Shown: positions 29,523 to 40,058 of the stretch, one piece after another | Layout: each line of letters starts with the position of its first letter | Numbering within the stretch: the stretch's first letter is position 1 | Assembly: GCA_020356065.1 (NCBI GenBank) | Contig: CP070632.1 | Span: 700,128 to 764,127 of the forward strand | Direction: 5' to 3' | DNA from: Nitrospiraceae bacterium | GTDB lineage: Bacteria > Nitrospirota > Thermodesulfovibrionia > UBA6902 | Length of the DNA: 64,000 nucleotides | The notes under the pieces: model-generated | The model's database searches: none | What the model was told of the DNA's origin: nothing | Seen by the model: only the letters and a program-made list of their open reading frames with translations | Program-made: the position numbers and the translations under genes

Positions 29523-30746
29523 TTATTTCTTCTGAAGGAAATAATCCATCAGTTTATGGCCTTTTACAAATTTCATTGCGGTCTTCATTTTGCATATATT
29601 TTCGGAATAAGACTTTGCGCCTGATTTCTGTTCTGCCTGACGATTACTGGAATATATCGCAAACGGCACAGGATCTGAAGTATGTGTCCGTACGCTGATA
29701 GGGGTAAAGTGATCCGGCATGACCAATACCCTGTAATCACCGAATTTCTTCAGACCTTCAAGAACAGGACCGACCACTTTCAGATCAAAATCCTGGATCG
29801 CCCTGATCTTGTCGTTGATGCTTCCATTATGACCGGCTTCATCCGGCGCTTCCACATGTACATACACAAAATCACATTTCTTCAGAGACCGTAATGCGGC
29901 TTCAGCCTTACCTTTATAATTAGTATCAATATAACCGGTTGCACCCTTGATATTCAGCACGTCAAACCCTGCACACACACCAAGACCCTTGGTGAGGTCT
30001 ACCGCTGATATGAGCGCCCCTCTTAATCCATACTTGTTTTTAAATTTCGGGATAACAAGCTTCCTTCCCTGACCCCAGAGCCATATACAGTTGGCGGTTG
30101 CCAAACCTTTTTCAGCCCTGGCCATATTAACAGAATGACCGGTCAGAATTTCGTGTGACCTGCTCATCAATGCATACAGAACGCTACTGCCTGTTCCGAC
30201 TGGAAGATACCCTTTTATCTTTCTACCGGTTATGTCATGCGGAGGCGTGCATTTTATTTTCTCCCTGCCGTTTTTCCAGACCATAAGATGCCTGTAGCTG
30301 ACGCCGGGATAAAACCTTATCTCCTTACTTCCAAGCCTGTCATTTACAAACGTAATCAGTTTCCGTGATTCAGATGTGGTTATATGACCTGCGCTGTAAT
30401 CGACCATTCTGGAGTTGTCAATGCCTGCATCATTGCCGAATGCCATATTTACTACATTACATCTGTAGGCAACATCTTTTGGCCCGAGCCTGATTCCCTG
30501 ATATGCTGCCTCTATCGGAGCCCGGCCACTGTAATATTGTGATGGATTGTAACCAAGGATCGCCAGATTAGCCACGTCTGAGCCTGGTTCGTATCCCGGC
30601 GGAATGGTCTGTGCCCATCCAACCTGTCCTTCACGGGCAAGTCTGTCCATGTTGGGCGTGTGTGCTTTTTGAAGACATGTTCTGTTGCCGAGCGCCTTTA
30701 TCGGCCTTCCGGCCATGCCGTCACCTATCAATACTGCATATTTCAT
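29523..30746 (-). CDS. archaeal-type cofactor-independent phosphoglycerate mutase family protein (ApgM-like); possible non-canonical homoserine kinase
   Basis: It has the metalloenzyme/alkaline-phosphatase core plus the PhosphMutase domain typical of apgM. It sits immediately upstream of lysC on the same strand. Confidence 0.8.
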   Translation of the reverse strand: MKYAVLIGDGMAGRPIKALGNRTCLQKAHTPNMDRLAREGQVGWAQTIPPGYEPGSDVANLAILGYNPSQYYSGRAPIEAAYQGIRLGPKDVAYRCNVVNMAFGNDAGIDNSRMVDYSAGHITTSESRKLITFVNDRLGSKEIRFYPGVSYRHLMVWKNGREKIKCTPPHDITGRKIKGYLPVGTGSSVLYALMSRSHEILTGHSVNMARAEKGLATANCIWLWGQGRKLVIPKFKNKYGLRGALISAVDLTKGLGVCAGFDVLNIKGATGYIDTNYKGKAEAALRSLKKCDFVYVHVEAPDEAGHNGSINDKIRAIQDFDLKVVGPVLEGLKKFGDYRVLVMPDHFTPISVRTHTSDPVPFAIYSSNRQAEQKSGAKSYSENICKMKTAMKFVKGHKLMDYFLQKK

Positions 30747-30955
30747 ATAATCTGCTTTTATATTCTATAGTTAAAGCAAGGCTTATATTAACTCTTATTG
30801 TTTATAAAAGTGAAGACAAGGGAATTGACCTTTAGAACTCCTCCGGTATTGTATATGTCATTGTAATTCTTAATTAAGGCTGTTAAAATTGCACAGGCTC
30901 GTAAATTCATTTTTATAAATACTTAAAGGTTATATTTCAGGTCGCCTTTACGATA

Positions 30956-32002
30956 GTGGGGGGAAGAATGAATGAGAGAATGCAGACATCCTGCATAATA
31001 CTGATAGCGGTTGTGTTCTTATATCCCCACATGTCATTAGCTCAGCTTCAAAAACCCGGAATAATTTCTATGGCTTCCGGGTACCTTGAATCAGCCCGGG
31101 TACAGCCAAAAGGCCATTTATACAGCCAGATTACATATGGCTATCATTCATCTGATAGTAAATTTACAACTCTCGGTTTCGATGCCATGGGTGACATTAT
31201 CAGTTTAGACAGTGGTAATACCAGGGTTAAGGCGCCCGACTTTACCGCACATACAATTACCTATCATGGAGCATATGGCATTACTGACCGTCTCACCATA
31301 TTTCTCGGAGTACCCTGGATTCATTCGAAATATGAATTTGTTCGGCGCTACACTGATAAGGATGGCCCTGATGGCATTGGAGATATTGATATCGGGATCA
31401 AACATTTAATTACTGATAACCTGTCAGGTGACGGCATTTTTTTATCTGCTCAGGTTATATTCAAAATCCCGGAAGCTTATGATTTTTATTATCCTCTGAC
31501 TTCAGTATCTCTTGGAGACGGCCAGTACGATGCAGAATTTGATTTGCTTTTAGGAAAAGACTGGGGCAGAAGTTATACAGTATTTCAGGCCGGTTTTACG
31601 TACCGATTTGAAAATACAGATTTTGATCCTGTGACATTTAAACCTTCAGATGAAATAAGAATACTGATTGGAGGCGGATTTAATATTAACTCCAGATTTG
31701 CAATAAGAGGAAGTTTGAACTGGATAAAGTCTCTGGAAAATGCTGAGGTATCTGATGCACTCATTTTATCAAGTTATACATTGGGTGGACTTGCATGGCA
31801 TGGCGATAAAGTGCTTATCAAAGACACCCTTGGAATTGAGCAGAACATATTAAATGCAGGTGTAGATGCACAGTATGACGTAACGAATAAGCTGGGAGCC
31901 ACAATTGCATTAAATAAAAACATTAAGGGATTAGATGGTATAGGGACTGAAAATGCAGCTGACATAACCACATTTAGTCTTGTATTGTCTTATGTACACT
32001 AG
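30956..32002 (+). CDS. putative outer-membrane beta-barrel protein with signal peptide
   Basis: It has a hydrophobic signal sequence ending …SLAQ, alternating amphipathic strands, a C-terminal aromatic residue, and weak resemblance to MetA-pathway/transport-type barrels. The start may be ATG 30968 rather than GTG 30956. Confidence 0.5.
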   Translation: MGGRMNERMQTSCIILIAVVFLYPHMSLAQLQKPGIISMASGYLESARVQPKGHLYSQITYGYHSSDSKFTTLGFDAMGDIISLDSGNTRVKAPDFTAHTITYHGAYGITDRLTIFLGVPWIHSKYEFVRRYTDKDGPDGIGDIDIGIKHLITDNLSGDGIFLSAQVIFKIPEAYDFYYPLTSVSLGDGQYDAEFDLLLGKDWGRSYTVFQAGFTYRFENTDFDPVTFKPSDEIRILIGGGFNINSRFAIRGSLNWIKSLENAEVSDALILSSYTLGGLAWHGDKVLIKDTLGIEQNILNAGVDAQYDVTNKLGATIALNKNIKGLDGIGTENAADITTFSLVLSYVH

Positions 32003-32465
32003 TAATATTTCTATTTTGAGATAGTCTTAATAACACGAGGACCTGTCTAACATAGAAGTGCGAATTATTGTCAATCTGAGCCAACCTGCGGCAGGCACTC
32101 TTCGCTTTACGGAATAACAACTTCAAGGTCAATGTTGAAAGGGGGATAAATGATTAAATGCGAAGAGTCATCAGAAATTTATTTTTCAGTGATTTTTGAA
32201 TTCTGTTACTTGAATAATCACATACCATTAAATTAAAATACGGATCAACTCCAATGTAGTTGCTGTAAGATAATAGCTGGGTTGGTGATCGGTCATGGGT
32301 AACGTACTCAAAACACATCACGTAATATTCATCACTAAACTTACTCTAATCCTTCAGCAATGAAACGGGAGAAGAATTTAAAAATACGAATGGAGAATTA
32401 GACTCGCGTTAACTGTATGTAAACCAGTCATACCAAAAAGATCAGTTAGCCAAGAGTATATGTGA

Positions 32466-34379
32466 ATGTTTGGTCTTAGGTCTTATTTCAACGGATTCAA
32501 GCCTGCCGTTCTGTATCGACAGCTGATCACAGTCCTCGTGTTCAACATACCGCTGATATTCATTGTGCTCCTGCAAAATATGAGATCTGTCGACTTCACT
32601 CCTTTGACATGGTTCTACTTCACCGCTACTGTTATTGGCTATTACGTCCTGCCTCTATTGGTTGTTGTCTCCCTGGCATTCCTGATTTTCCTGCCTCTTA
32701 AGAAACTGGCCATTTATCCGACAGGAGTCATGATCACAATTTTCGTTTTCTTTATTATCATTGACAGCCTGGCTTACAAAATCACCAAGATTCACATTGA
32801 CCTGTTTTGGCTCGAATGGATTGTAAATGATTTCCAGGCTTTTGGGTTGTCGCCTTCTACGATTCGAAATATAATCCTCCTTTTGCTCGGACTTATTGCT
32901 ATGGAGATCGGCTTTTTCAAATTTGCACAGCGAATCAAAAAACCCAGATATCTTGTCTGGACTGTTTCTTTGGTTACAGTTCTGGCCTTTAGTGCCAGCC
33001 AGGTGACGCACGCTGTGGCGTATGAAAAAAACGATATACGCATAACAAGTCTCACACCCCGCTTTCCCATCTATTATCCGACTACTTCCCATAAAAAAGC
33101 CAAAAAGTACGGCCAGCATTTTTCGCTCGGTGAGAACGAATCCAGTAATACAGAAGGCGTACATCAGGGTGCGCTAAACTATCCCCTCGCCAATATGGAG
33201 TGTAATCTGCCAACTGGCCATAAACCATCCAATATCATCGTCATCTTTTTGGAGAGCTGGCGCTTCGACATGATGAATGAGTCGGTAACTCCTAACATCC
33301 ATGAACTATCAGGGAAATCCTCAGTTTTCCTCAACCATTTTTCCGCGGGCAATTCTACTGTCGCCGGGGTTTTTGGTTTTTTCTCAGGTCTTAATGCAAC
33401 CTACTGGGCCGCCGTAAAAGCCAATAATGCCCGAATCGACAATCCCGTTCTCATTGATACTCTCAAAGAGAACAACTATACTTTTGGAATCTTTGCCAAA
33501 TCGCACTTTAAACGTCACAAGATCAAAGACACCATTTTCCGTGGCATTGACGTTCAGGAATCTTTTGCCGGCCAGACTATAGTTGAACAGGACAAGGACA
33601 TGACCCGTCAAGTCGTCTCGTTCATACGCGAACAAAAGAATCAGCAAAATCCATACATGGCTTTTGCTTTTTACAAGTCAAACCACCATCATTATCACTA
33701 CCCCAGCGAGGATGCGGTTTTTCTTCCGGCCGGAGATATCAACTTGATGTTTGCCGACGACGAGACTGACCCTACAGAATATCGTAACGACTACATGAAC
33801 TCAACTCACTATGTAGATCGACTTATAGGCGAAATCATTGAAGAGCTTGAATCGCTCGGAGAGATGGATAACACAGTCATTGCCATTTCGACCGATCATT
33901 CAGACGAATTAAACGACAACAGAGCCAATTACTGGGGCCATGGCAGCAATTTTACCAAATATCAAACGATGGTTCCGCTGGTTCTCCATCTGCCGGACCG
34001 GGCTCCACAGAAGATTGAATATGTGACTTCCCATATTGATGTTGCACCGACAATACTCTCTGAGTACTTCGGATGTACAAATGATATCCAGGATTACAGT
34101 AGCGGAAGAAATCTTTTCGACAAACCGACCGGCGTACGACCACTCGTTATCGGCGCTCATGTAAATCATGCTTTTATAATTGAAGATAATGTTTATGAGA
34201 TCTATCCTCTCTACACCAAGACGTACAAGCTGAGTGATATCAAAACAAAGGCTGGTCCACCAAATCCACAAATGCTGACAATCTTAATTAAAGAGATCAG
34301 TCATTTCTATATCGACTCCGGCAATGCCGGTACCAGCCAGACCGGATCGACATTTGCCGGCCCGCCTTCTGCAAAATAA
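32466..34379 (+). CDS. YejM/LapC (PbgA)-like inner-membrane protein: N-terminal 5-TM DUF3413-type domain + periplasmic sulfatase-fold domain
   Basis: The N-terminal ~190 aa are polytopic. A sulfatase/alkaline-phosphatase-superfamily region follows (…IIVIFLESWRFD…FSAGNSTVAGVFG…STDHSDEL…). Confidence 0.75.
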   Translation: MFGLRSYFNGFKPAVLYRQLITVLVFNIPLIFIVLLQNMRSVDFTPLTWFYFTATVIGYYVLPLLVVVSLAFLIFLPLKKLAIYPTGVMITIFVFFIIIDSLAYKITKIHIDLFWLEWIVNDFQAFGLSPSTIRNIILLLLGLIAMEIGFFKFAQRIKKPRYLVWTVSLVTVLAFSASQVTHAVAYEKNDIRITSLTPRFPIYYPTTSHKKAKKYGQHFSLGENESSNTEGVHQGALNYPLANMECNLPTGHKPSNIIVIFLESWRFDMMNESVTPNIHELSGKSSVFLNHFSAGNSTVAGVFGFFSGLNATYWAAVKANNARIDNPVLIDTLKENNYTFGIFAKSHFKRHKIKDTIFRGIDVQESFAGQTIVEQDKDMTRQVVSFIREQKNQQNPYMAFAFYKSNHHHYHYPSEDAVFLPAGDINLMFADDETDPTEYRNDYMNSTHYVDRLIGEIIEELESLGEMDNTVIAISTDHSDELNDNRANYWGHGSNFTKYQTMVPLVLHLPDRAPQKIEYVTSHIDVAPTILSEYFGCTNDIQDYSSGRNLFDKPTGVRPLVIGAHVNHAFIIEDNVYEIYPLYTKTYKLSDIKTKAGPPNPQMLTILIKEISHFYIDSGNAGTSQTGSTFAGPPSAK

Positions 34380-34537
34380 GAGAAAATAAAAAAGATCCAC
34401 CGCCTGAGCAATGGGCTATTTTTATAGCAAGTAACCGTGATTATCTTATCGTGACAAGAACGGGCTGCTTTTTATCTGGAAATAATAATGCACTGTTAAA
34501 TGCCATCAACTGCATGCTATTATTTCTCTGGTAATAT

Positions 34538-35128
34538 TTGATGAAAAATAACAAAAGAATTTCTAAATTACTCGAGCGTGATTGTGGACAATGTACTTCT
34601 TGTTGCCGTGATATACAGGTTGATATAACGGACACAGATTTAAAGCGTCTCGTCAAGCACACTGGTATTACTGCTGACAGACTTGTCAGGCTTTATGGCC
34701 ATAATAAAGATGATAACGATGCTGAAAGTGACTGGTTCAACCTTTCGTATGGAAAAAGGGCGATTGTACTAAATAAAAAGAGAAACGGCGATTGTATTTT
34801 TCTTGGACAGGATAATGGATGTATTGCATATGAAGCCCGTCCCATGACCTGCAGAATCTTTCCAATCTGTGTTTTGTATGATGACTGTCATAATATTGTG
34901 GACGTTGAGAAATCTGATGTAATAACAAATAAAACAATCACATGTAAATGCTCGCCCGGTAAAGGTCAGCTATATGATGTTTTTTTGTCTACTGCCATGC
35001 AGGCTCGGAAAGAGCATGTTCGATTCATTAATAAAATCGATACGTGGAACAGGCAAAATAAAAAAGGCAACAAGAACGACTTTCTCAGATTTCTCGGTTT
35101 CATTATTTCAGGAGATGCTCCCACATAG
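34538..35128 (+). CDS. YkgJ-family (CxxCxxCC) cysteine-cluster protein
   Basis: The N-terminal CGQCTSCC motif plus further conserved Cys/His match the UPF0153/YkgJ putative Fe/Zn-chelating domain. Confidence 0.7.
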   Translation: MMKNNKRISKLLERDCGQCTSCCRDIQVDITDTDLKRLVKHTGITADRLVRLYGHNKDDNDAESDWFNLSYGKRAIVLNKKRNGDCIFLGQDNGCIAYEARPMTCRIFPICVLYDDCHNIVDVEKSDVITNKTITCKCSPGKGQLYDVFLSTAMQARKEHVRFINKIDTWNRQNKKGNKNDFLRFLGFIISGDAPT

Positions 35129-35228
35129 TCAGTACGACAAACAATGTGATAGTAGTACATATGTATCCGGCCTGGTGCACAGATTAATTTAGCTAATGCT
35201 TGAACGTGCAAAAATCCTTTTATAGACG

Positions 35229-35423
35229 TTGATGGTCTTCCTGTTTCTGCTCTTTCTGATGGCAGTCATATTTTCTGTACACATAGGTTTTCGATCAGCA
35301 ATTCAGGGCTCGTTGATTGTCGGATTAATGCTTATTTTTATTTTCCTCTCAATATTCCTTCTATATGAGGTTGTCCTGTTCATCATCAGCATCATAGACA
35401 GGAAAAGACACCTGAATGGCTAA
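35229..35423 (+). CDS. possible small two-TM membrane protein
   Basis: It is a 64-aa hydrophobic ORF with no clear SD. It is kept only as a candidate. Confidence 0.2.
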   Translation: MMVFLFLLFLMAVIFSVHIGFRSAIQGSLIVGLMLIFIFLSIFLLYEVVLFIISIIDRKRHLNG

Positions 35424-35523
35424 ATGACAGTCTATTTTATAAATCCAGTTTCGGCTATAGAAAGAAGCAATGTTTAATAATTACAATATTTCAAAGAGTT
35501 ATATCACTCACAATAACTCAGCC

Positions 35524-35552
35524 TTGACAATTAATTATATACAGTTTAATAA
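35524..35552 (+). promoter_or_regulatory. candidate sigma70-type promoter for the TetR-family gene
   Basis: TTGACA (35524-35529), a 17-nt spacer, and TAATAA (35547-35552). It lies ~40 nt upstream of the TetR start. Confidence 0.3.
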
Positions 35553-35589
35553 TAGACAATATCTAAAATTAAACTTGGTATGATAATGA

Positions 35590-36282
35590 ATGAAGTTCAA
35601 TAATATGGATTCCGAATCTCACATTAACAGGCGTGAAAGAAAGAAACTTGAAACCAGGCAGAAAATAACCAAAATAGCCATGTATTTATTCAAAAAGCAG
35701 GGATTTGGTTTTACAACAATGGAACAGATTGCAGAGGAAGTTGATATCTCAAAGGCCACCCTATATAACTACTTCCCTGTCAAGGAATCTATTATCAGTG
35801 AGTATTGGCAGAACAATGTTAAGGATCTTAAGTATCACCTCCTTAAGATGATTCAATTAATGCCTGATACGTCTTCACGCATTGAAAAAACATTCGCAAG
35901 AGCCGCTAACGAACTGTTCAAATCAAAGCAGGATATTTATAAGGTCTACTTAAATCACTGGCTCAGGAATTTCAATAATCCTTCTGTAAGCGTACGAAAG
36001 GAGAGTGGATTTGAAGACATATTTAGCATGATTTTAAAGCTCGGTCAGCAGTCAGGGGACATAAGAAAAGATCTTCCTCTTGAGATTATGGTTAAGCACC
36101 TGGAATTCATGTTTCTCACAGCATGTATAAACTGGTTGTCCGATCCTAAATTATTTTCTCTTGAAAAGACCCTTAATCATACAGTGCTGCTTTTTTTGGA
36201 TGGTGCAGGTACTGGCGCAAGATCAAAGAAGACTAAAATAAAGTCTGACGGAAAAGACGCATCTCAGGGTTCTCTTCTCTAA
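35590..36282 (+). CDS. TetR/AcrR-family transcriptional regulator
   Basis: N-terminal HTH (…FKKQGFGFTTMEQIAEEVDISKATLYNYFPVKE…) and a helical C-terminal ligand domain. Confidence 0.85.
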   Translation: MKFNNMDSESHINRRERKKLETRQKITKIAMYLFKKQGFGFTTMEQIAEEVDISKATLYNYFPVKESIISEYWQNNVKDLKYHLLKMIQLMPDTSSRIEKTFARAANELFKSKQDIYKVYLNHWLRNFNNPSVSVRKESGFEDIFSMILKLGQQSGDIRKDLPLEIMVKHLEFMFLTACINWLSDPKLFSLEKTLNHTVLLFLDGAGTGARSKKTKIKSDGKDASQGSLL

Positions 36283-36431
36283 CCCTTATCACGCTATAAA
36301 AGCAGGGATCATATTGGCACGTATTCATCATGCATACCTGTTTGTTGAAACTGTGACCGTAATCACTGATTCATTCATCTTCATAAATTACTATACATGT
36401 AAGATGAATGACGTCAAAGGAGAAATAAATC

Positions 36432-36983
36432 ATGGAAGCATTATTTAATAATTTGGGAATTGCCTTCCGAAAAGTGGGGGGAATCAAACACACAGTACAT
36501 AAAAATAATAAAGCAGCTGAAAAAAATTCAAAAAATGCTAAACACATTATGCAGGGCAACGCCTTCTACAATCTTGGTATGTTTAAGAAAGCGATAAAGT
36601 CATATACTCGCGCTCTGAAATACTATCCAGATGATGTGAACATTCATCTGAATCTCGGCAATGCCTATAAGAAGGTTGGTATGTTGAAGGAAGCTGTGAA
36701 GTCATTTAAATATGTTGTGCATTCAAGACCCAATGATGCAAAGGCCCACTATCATCTGGGACTTGCATATGGCAAACTGAAAATGCATGAACAGGCAAAA
36801 AACTCTTTTCTGCAGTCCATTACCATTGACCCGTCAAATGCCCATGCACACTTTAATCTGGCTGTAATTTACCTCACGCTGGATAACAGCGCTGAAGCCA
36901 TACAGGAATATCGAATATTAAATAACCTTGCCCCTCAACTGGCCGGAAGACTCTCAGAAATGATGAGCAGGCAGACTATTTAA
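36432..36983 (+). CDS. TPR-repeat protein
   Basis: Four or five consecutive TPR motifs (…AFYNLGMFKKAIKSYTRALKYYPDD…AKAHYHLGLAY…). Confidence 0.8.
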   Translation: MEALFNNLGIAFRKVGGIKHTVHKNNKAAEKNSKNAKHIMQGNAFYNLGMFKKAIKSYTRALKYYPDDVNIHLNLGNAYKKVGMLKEAVKSFKYVVHSRPNDAKAHYHLGLAYGKLKMHEQAKNSFLQSITIDPSNAHAHFNLAVIYLTLDNSAEAIQEYRILNNLAPQLAGRLSEMMSRQTI

Positions 36984-37079
36984 ACCTGTCCGCTTTTCTT
37001 CATTTATGTAATCCAGATCACATTATCAGCGTTTCCTTTCGTTTTATACTTGTATATCAACAGTTAAAGGAGAGGTAAT

Positions 37080-37742
37080 GTGATAAAACTATCTAACGTA
37101 GAAAAATCATATGATGATGCAGTTGTATTAAAAAACTGCTCTATGGCAATGGAGAGGGGCGAATTTGCCTTTATAACAGGACCGAGCGGAGCAGGGAAAT
37201 CAACCCTGCTTAAACTGCTTTACTGTTCGGAGCAGGTCGATAACGGACATATTTCCGTAGACGAATGGATACTGAGCAAACTCAAAAAAAGGACGGTCCC
37301 CTATTTCAGACGGAATATCGGGGTTGTGTTTCAGGACTTCAAGCTGCTGTTCAATAAAACGGTCTTTGAAAATGTTGCTCTCTCGCTGAGAATTCACCGA
37401 ATGGACCCGCGGGAAATAATGGAGCGGGTAAAGTTAATTCTCAAGGAAGTCAAGCTGCTGCATAAATCCGACGTTTTTCCGCAGTATTTATCAGGGGGAG
37501 AACAGCAGAGGGTCGTTATAGCCCGGGCAATGGTGTCCCAACCCATGCTGCTGCTGGCGGACGAACCTACCGGCAATCTTGATACGGACAATGCAAGAAC
37601 TATCATGCGTCTCTTCAGAGAAATTAACACGAAAGGCACTACCGTGCTCATTGCTACCCATAACGAAGACCTGTATTACGGATCAGGAAGAAGAGTGTTT
37701 TTTCTCAATAACAATCATATTGAAAAGGAAATAGTAGGATGA
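37080..37742 (+). CDS. ftsE: cell-division ABC ATPase FtsE
   Basis: Walker A GPSGAGKST, Q-loop, signature LSGGEQQR, and Walker B LLLADEPT. It overlaps ftsX by 4 nt. Confidence 0.9.
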   Translation: MIKLSNVEKSYDDAVVLKNCSMAMERGEFAFITGPSGAGKSTLLKLLYCSEQVDNGHISVDEWILSKLKKRTVPYFRRNIGVVFQDFKLLFNKTVFENVALSLRIHRMDPREIMERVKLILKEVKLLHKSDVFPQYLSGGEQQRVVIARAMVSQPMLLLADEPTGNLDTDNARTIMRLFREINTKGTTVLIATHNEDLYYGSGRRVFFLNNNHIEKEIVG

Positions 37743-38623
37743 TCACATTAAAGTACTTTCTGGGAACGGCTTTCAAAAGTATTTGGCTGGAAAAATGGAT
37801 AAATCTTCTGACCATCCTTTCCATAAGTATAGGATTGTCAATTCTCTGTTTGTTTCTGCTGATTACATTTAACGTTGAATCCTTTATGAAGCAGTGGACA
37901 AGCAGTTTCGGACTTGTTGTGTACCTCGATGACCATATTACGTATGAAGAGACGCTGCATCTTGAAGCACAATTTAAACAGGATAAAGACGTACTGAGCG
38001 TTTCGTATACATCAAATGTTGAAGCCCTGGATGAAATAAAGGCATCGCTTGGAGCAAACGCCGTTATAATGGATGATTTTAAAGAAAACCCGCTACCTTC
38101 AATTTTTGAACTGGAGCTGGCCAGCGAATTATTGGATAAAAATGAAGCACGTCAAAAAGCAGATTCAATAAAACAATTGCCGGGAGTCAACGACGTTCAG
38201 TATGGAGAGAAATGGCTCGCGTCGCTGAACACCATATCTGACACAATGAGACTGGTGGCGGTGTTTTTTGCATCTGCGATATTTATTTCCACAATATTCA
38301 CTACATATAACACGATTAAAATATTCTTTTACAGAAGGAAGGAAGAGCTTAAGACCCTTAAACTTCTGGGAGCAACCAATAGTTTTGCCCGGCTTCCCTT
38401 CCTGATTGAGGGATTGTTTGTGGGAGTGGTAGGCGGTTCAGTGAGTTCAGCACTTGTTTTTGCTTTTTCATCACTTGCCACAACAAGGATTGTAGAATTC
38501 ATGCCTTCACTCAGTGTTGTATTGTCGCCATTACCTGTGCAGGTGTACTTAATAATTCCAGCAGTTGGGGCTTCAATGAGTCTCCTGGGAAGTCTGTTTG
38601 CTGTTGGAAAAATACGGTATTAA
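37739..38623 (+). CDS. ftsX: cell-division permease FtsX
   Basis: An N-terminal TM, a large periplasmic loop and three C-terminal TM helices, in ftsE-ftsX-envC synteny. Confidence 0.85.
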   Translation: MITLKYFLGTAFKSIWLEKWINLLTILSISIGLSILCLFLLITFNVESFMKQWTSSFGLVVYLDDHITYEETLHLEAQFKQDKDVLSVSYTSNVEALDEIKASLGANAVIMDDFKENPLPSIFELELASELLDKNEARQKADSIKQLPGVNDVQYGEKWLASLNTISDTMRLVAVFFASAIFISTIFTTYNTIKIFFYRRKEELKTLKLLGATNSFARLPFLIEGLFVGVVGGSVSSALVFAFSSLATTRIVEFMPSLSVVLSPLPVQVYLIIPAVGASMSLLGSLFAVGKIRY

Positions 38624-38647
38624 TATATATAACACTATGATAAAAAA

Positions 38648-39808
38648 ATGATATCATCCAAAATAAAACATACATATGTTGTCCTGTTAATCTATAGTCT
38701 CCTTACGTTCTTCAATCCTACGACTGCCTTGGCTGGCAGTACTATTGAGAAACTCTCTGAAATTAAAAAATCGATCCAATCCAGATTGATTAAAATAAAA
38801 AAAGATAAAAAAAAGGAAGAGTCACTTCAATCAAAAATTAACAATATTCAGCAAAATATCGGTTCAAAGGAACGGGAAATTAAGAAGTTTGAGAAGGGGA
38901 TTGCAAGCACAAATAAAGAAATAGATAAACTCTCGAGTGAAATCGATATGATGGCCGATCAAATGGAAAACAGAAAACTGGTTGTAAAAGAGTATCTGAG
39001 GGCTCTTCACAAACGACAGTTTGAAAGCGATATGATTTTCCTTATATCAGCTGCTGACTATCAGGACTTCGTAAAGAAAAGCAGATATATCAGCCTGATA
39101 GCAGACCACAACAGTAAAATCATACATTCTTACAAGGAAGATCTGGCCAGAGTAAAGGAAAAGAAAAACAGTCTTGAGAATTTACAGGCGTCTCTTGAGA
39201 GTAAAAAAGCAACCGCCCGTATGAATAAGAAAAAGTTGCAATCTGAGAAAAAGAAAAAGAAAGAGATTATCAGCACGGTACGTAGCAGACGAATAGCCCA
39301 CGAAAAAAAGATAAGAGAGCTTGAAGAGTCTTCAAAAAAACTGCAGAGTATGGTGACAAGACTACAATCAAAAAAAATGCCAGGTGCTATCGTGGGAGCT
39401 GGGTTTAAGTCACACAAAGGAGTATTACCATGGCCTGTTGACGGCAGGGTGCTTACGAAATATGGCAAACACAAAGACCAGTATGATGTGCTAGTAAATA
39501 AAAGCGGCATTAATATAAGCGTTGATAAGGATGAGAATCCCAGAGCAATAGCCGGGGGAAGAGTAGTTTTTACGGGTAATTTTGAAGGCTATGGAAATCT
39601 GTTGATAATTGATCACGGAAATGGATACCATAGTCTGTACGGAAATTTGTCCAAAACATCAATCAAGGAAGATTCTCTTCTCGTAGAAGGTATGAATATC
39701 GGCTCAGTCAGTTCATCAAAGCAAAACAAAACCCCTGTATTGTACTTCGAAATAAGACACAAGGGTCGTCCCGTAGATCCCCTGAAGTGGCTGCAGAGAA
39801 GAAGTTAA
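38648..39808 (+). CDS. envC: murein hydrolase activator EnvC-like (coiled-coil + C-terminal LytM/M23 domain)
   Basis: It has a signal peptide, long Lys/Glu-rich coiled coil, and a C-terminal M23 domain (…GINISVDKDENPRAIAGGRVVFTGNFEGYGNLLIIDHGNGYHSLYG…). Confidence 0.8.
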   Translation: MISSKIKHTYVVLLIYSLLTFFNPTTALAGSTIEKLSEIKKSIQSRLIKIKKDKKKEESLQSKINNIQQNIGSKEREIKKFEKGIASTNKEIDKLSSEIDMMADQMENRKLVVKEYLRALHKRQFESDMIFLISAADYQDFVKKSRYISLIADHNSKIIHSYKEDLARVKEKKNSLENLQASLESKKATARMNKKKLQSEKKKKKEIISTVRSRRIAHEKKIRELEESSKKLQSMVTRLQSKKMPGAIVGAGFKSHKGVLPWPVDGRVLTKYGKHKDQYDVLVNKSGINISVDKDENPRAIAGGRVVFTGNFEGYGNLLIIDHGNGYHSLYGNLSKTSIKEDSLLVEGMNIGSVSSSKQNKTPVLYFEIRHKGRPVDPLKWLQRRS

Positions 39809-40058
39809 ATACGGTTTCATAGCATTTTAAATATTTCAAATACTTCTTGATGTGAGAGGGAGCCAAGGGACCCGGGATCAAGGGATTCCAGAGAAAAGAA
39901 TAATGATTAAATTTATTGCAGTACAAAATTAAATTCTTAATTAATTTTTTTTCCTGAAACCTCGCCCCTGGACCTTTTCTTACAATTGCTGAATATTGTT
40001 TTTCGATTGTCTGCCCTGTTAATATTTTAGAATCAGCAATGAGAAATGGATACGTTAT

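Noticed and set aside
34441-34662. 73-aa minus-strand ORF overlapping the start of the YkgJ gene
   Set aside because: It overlaps a well-supported plus-strand gene and its promoter region and has no SD.
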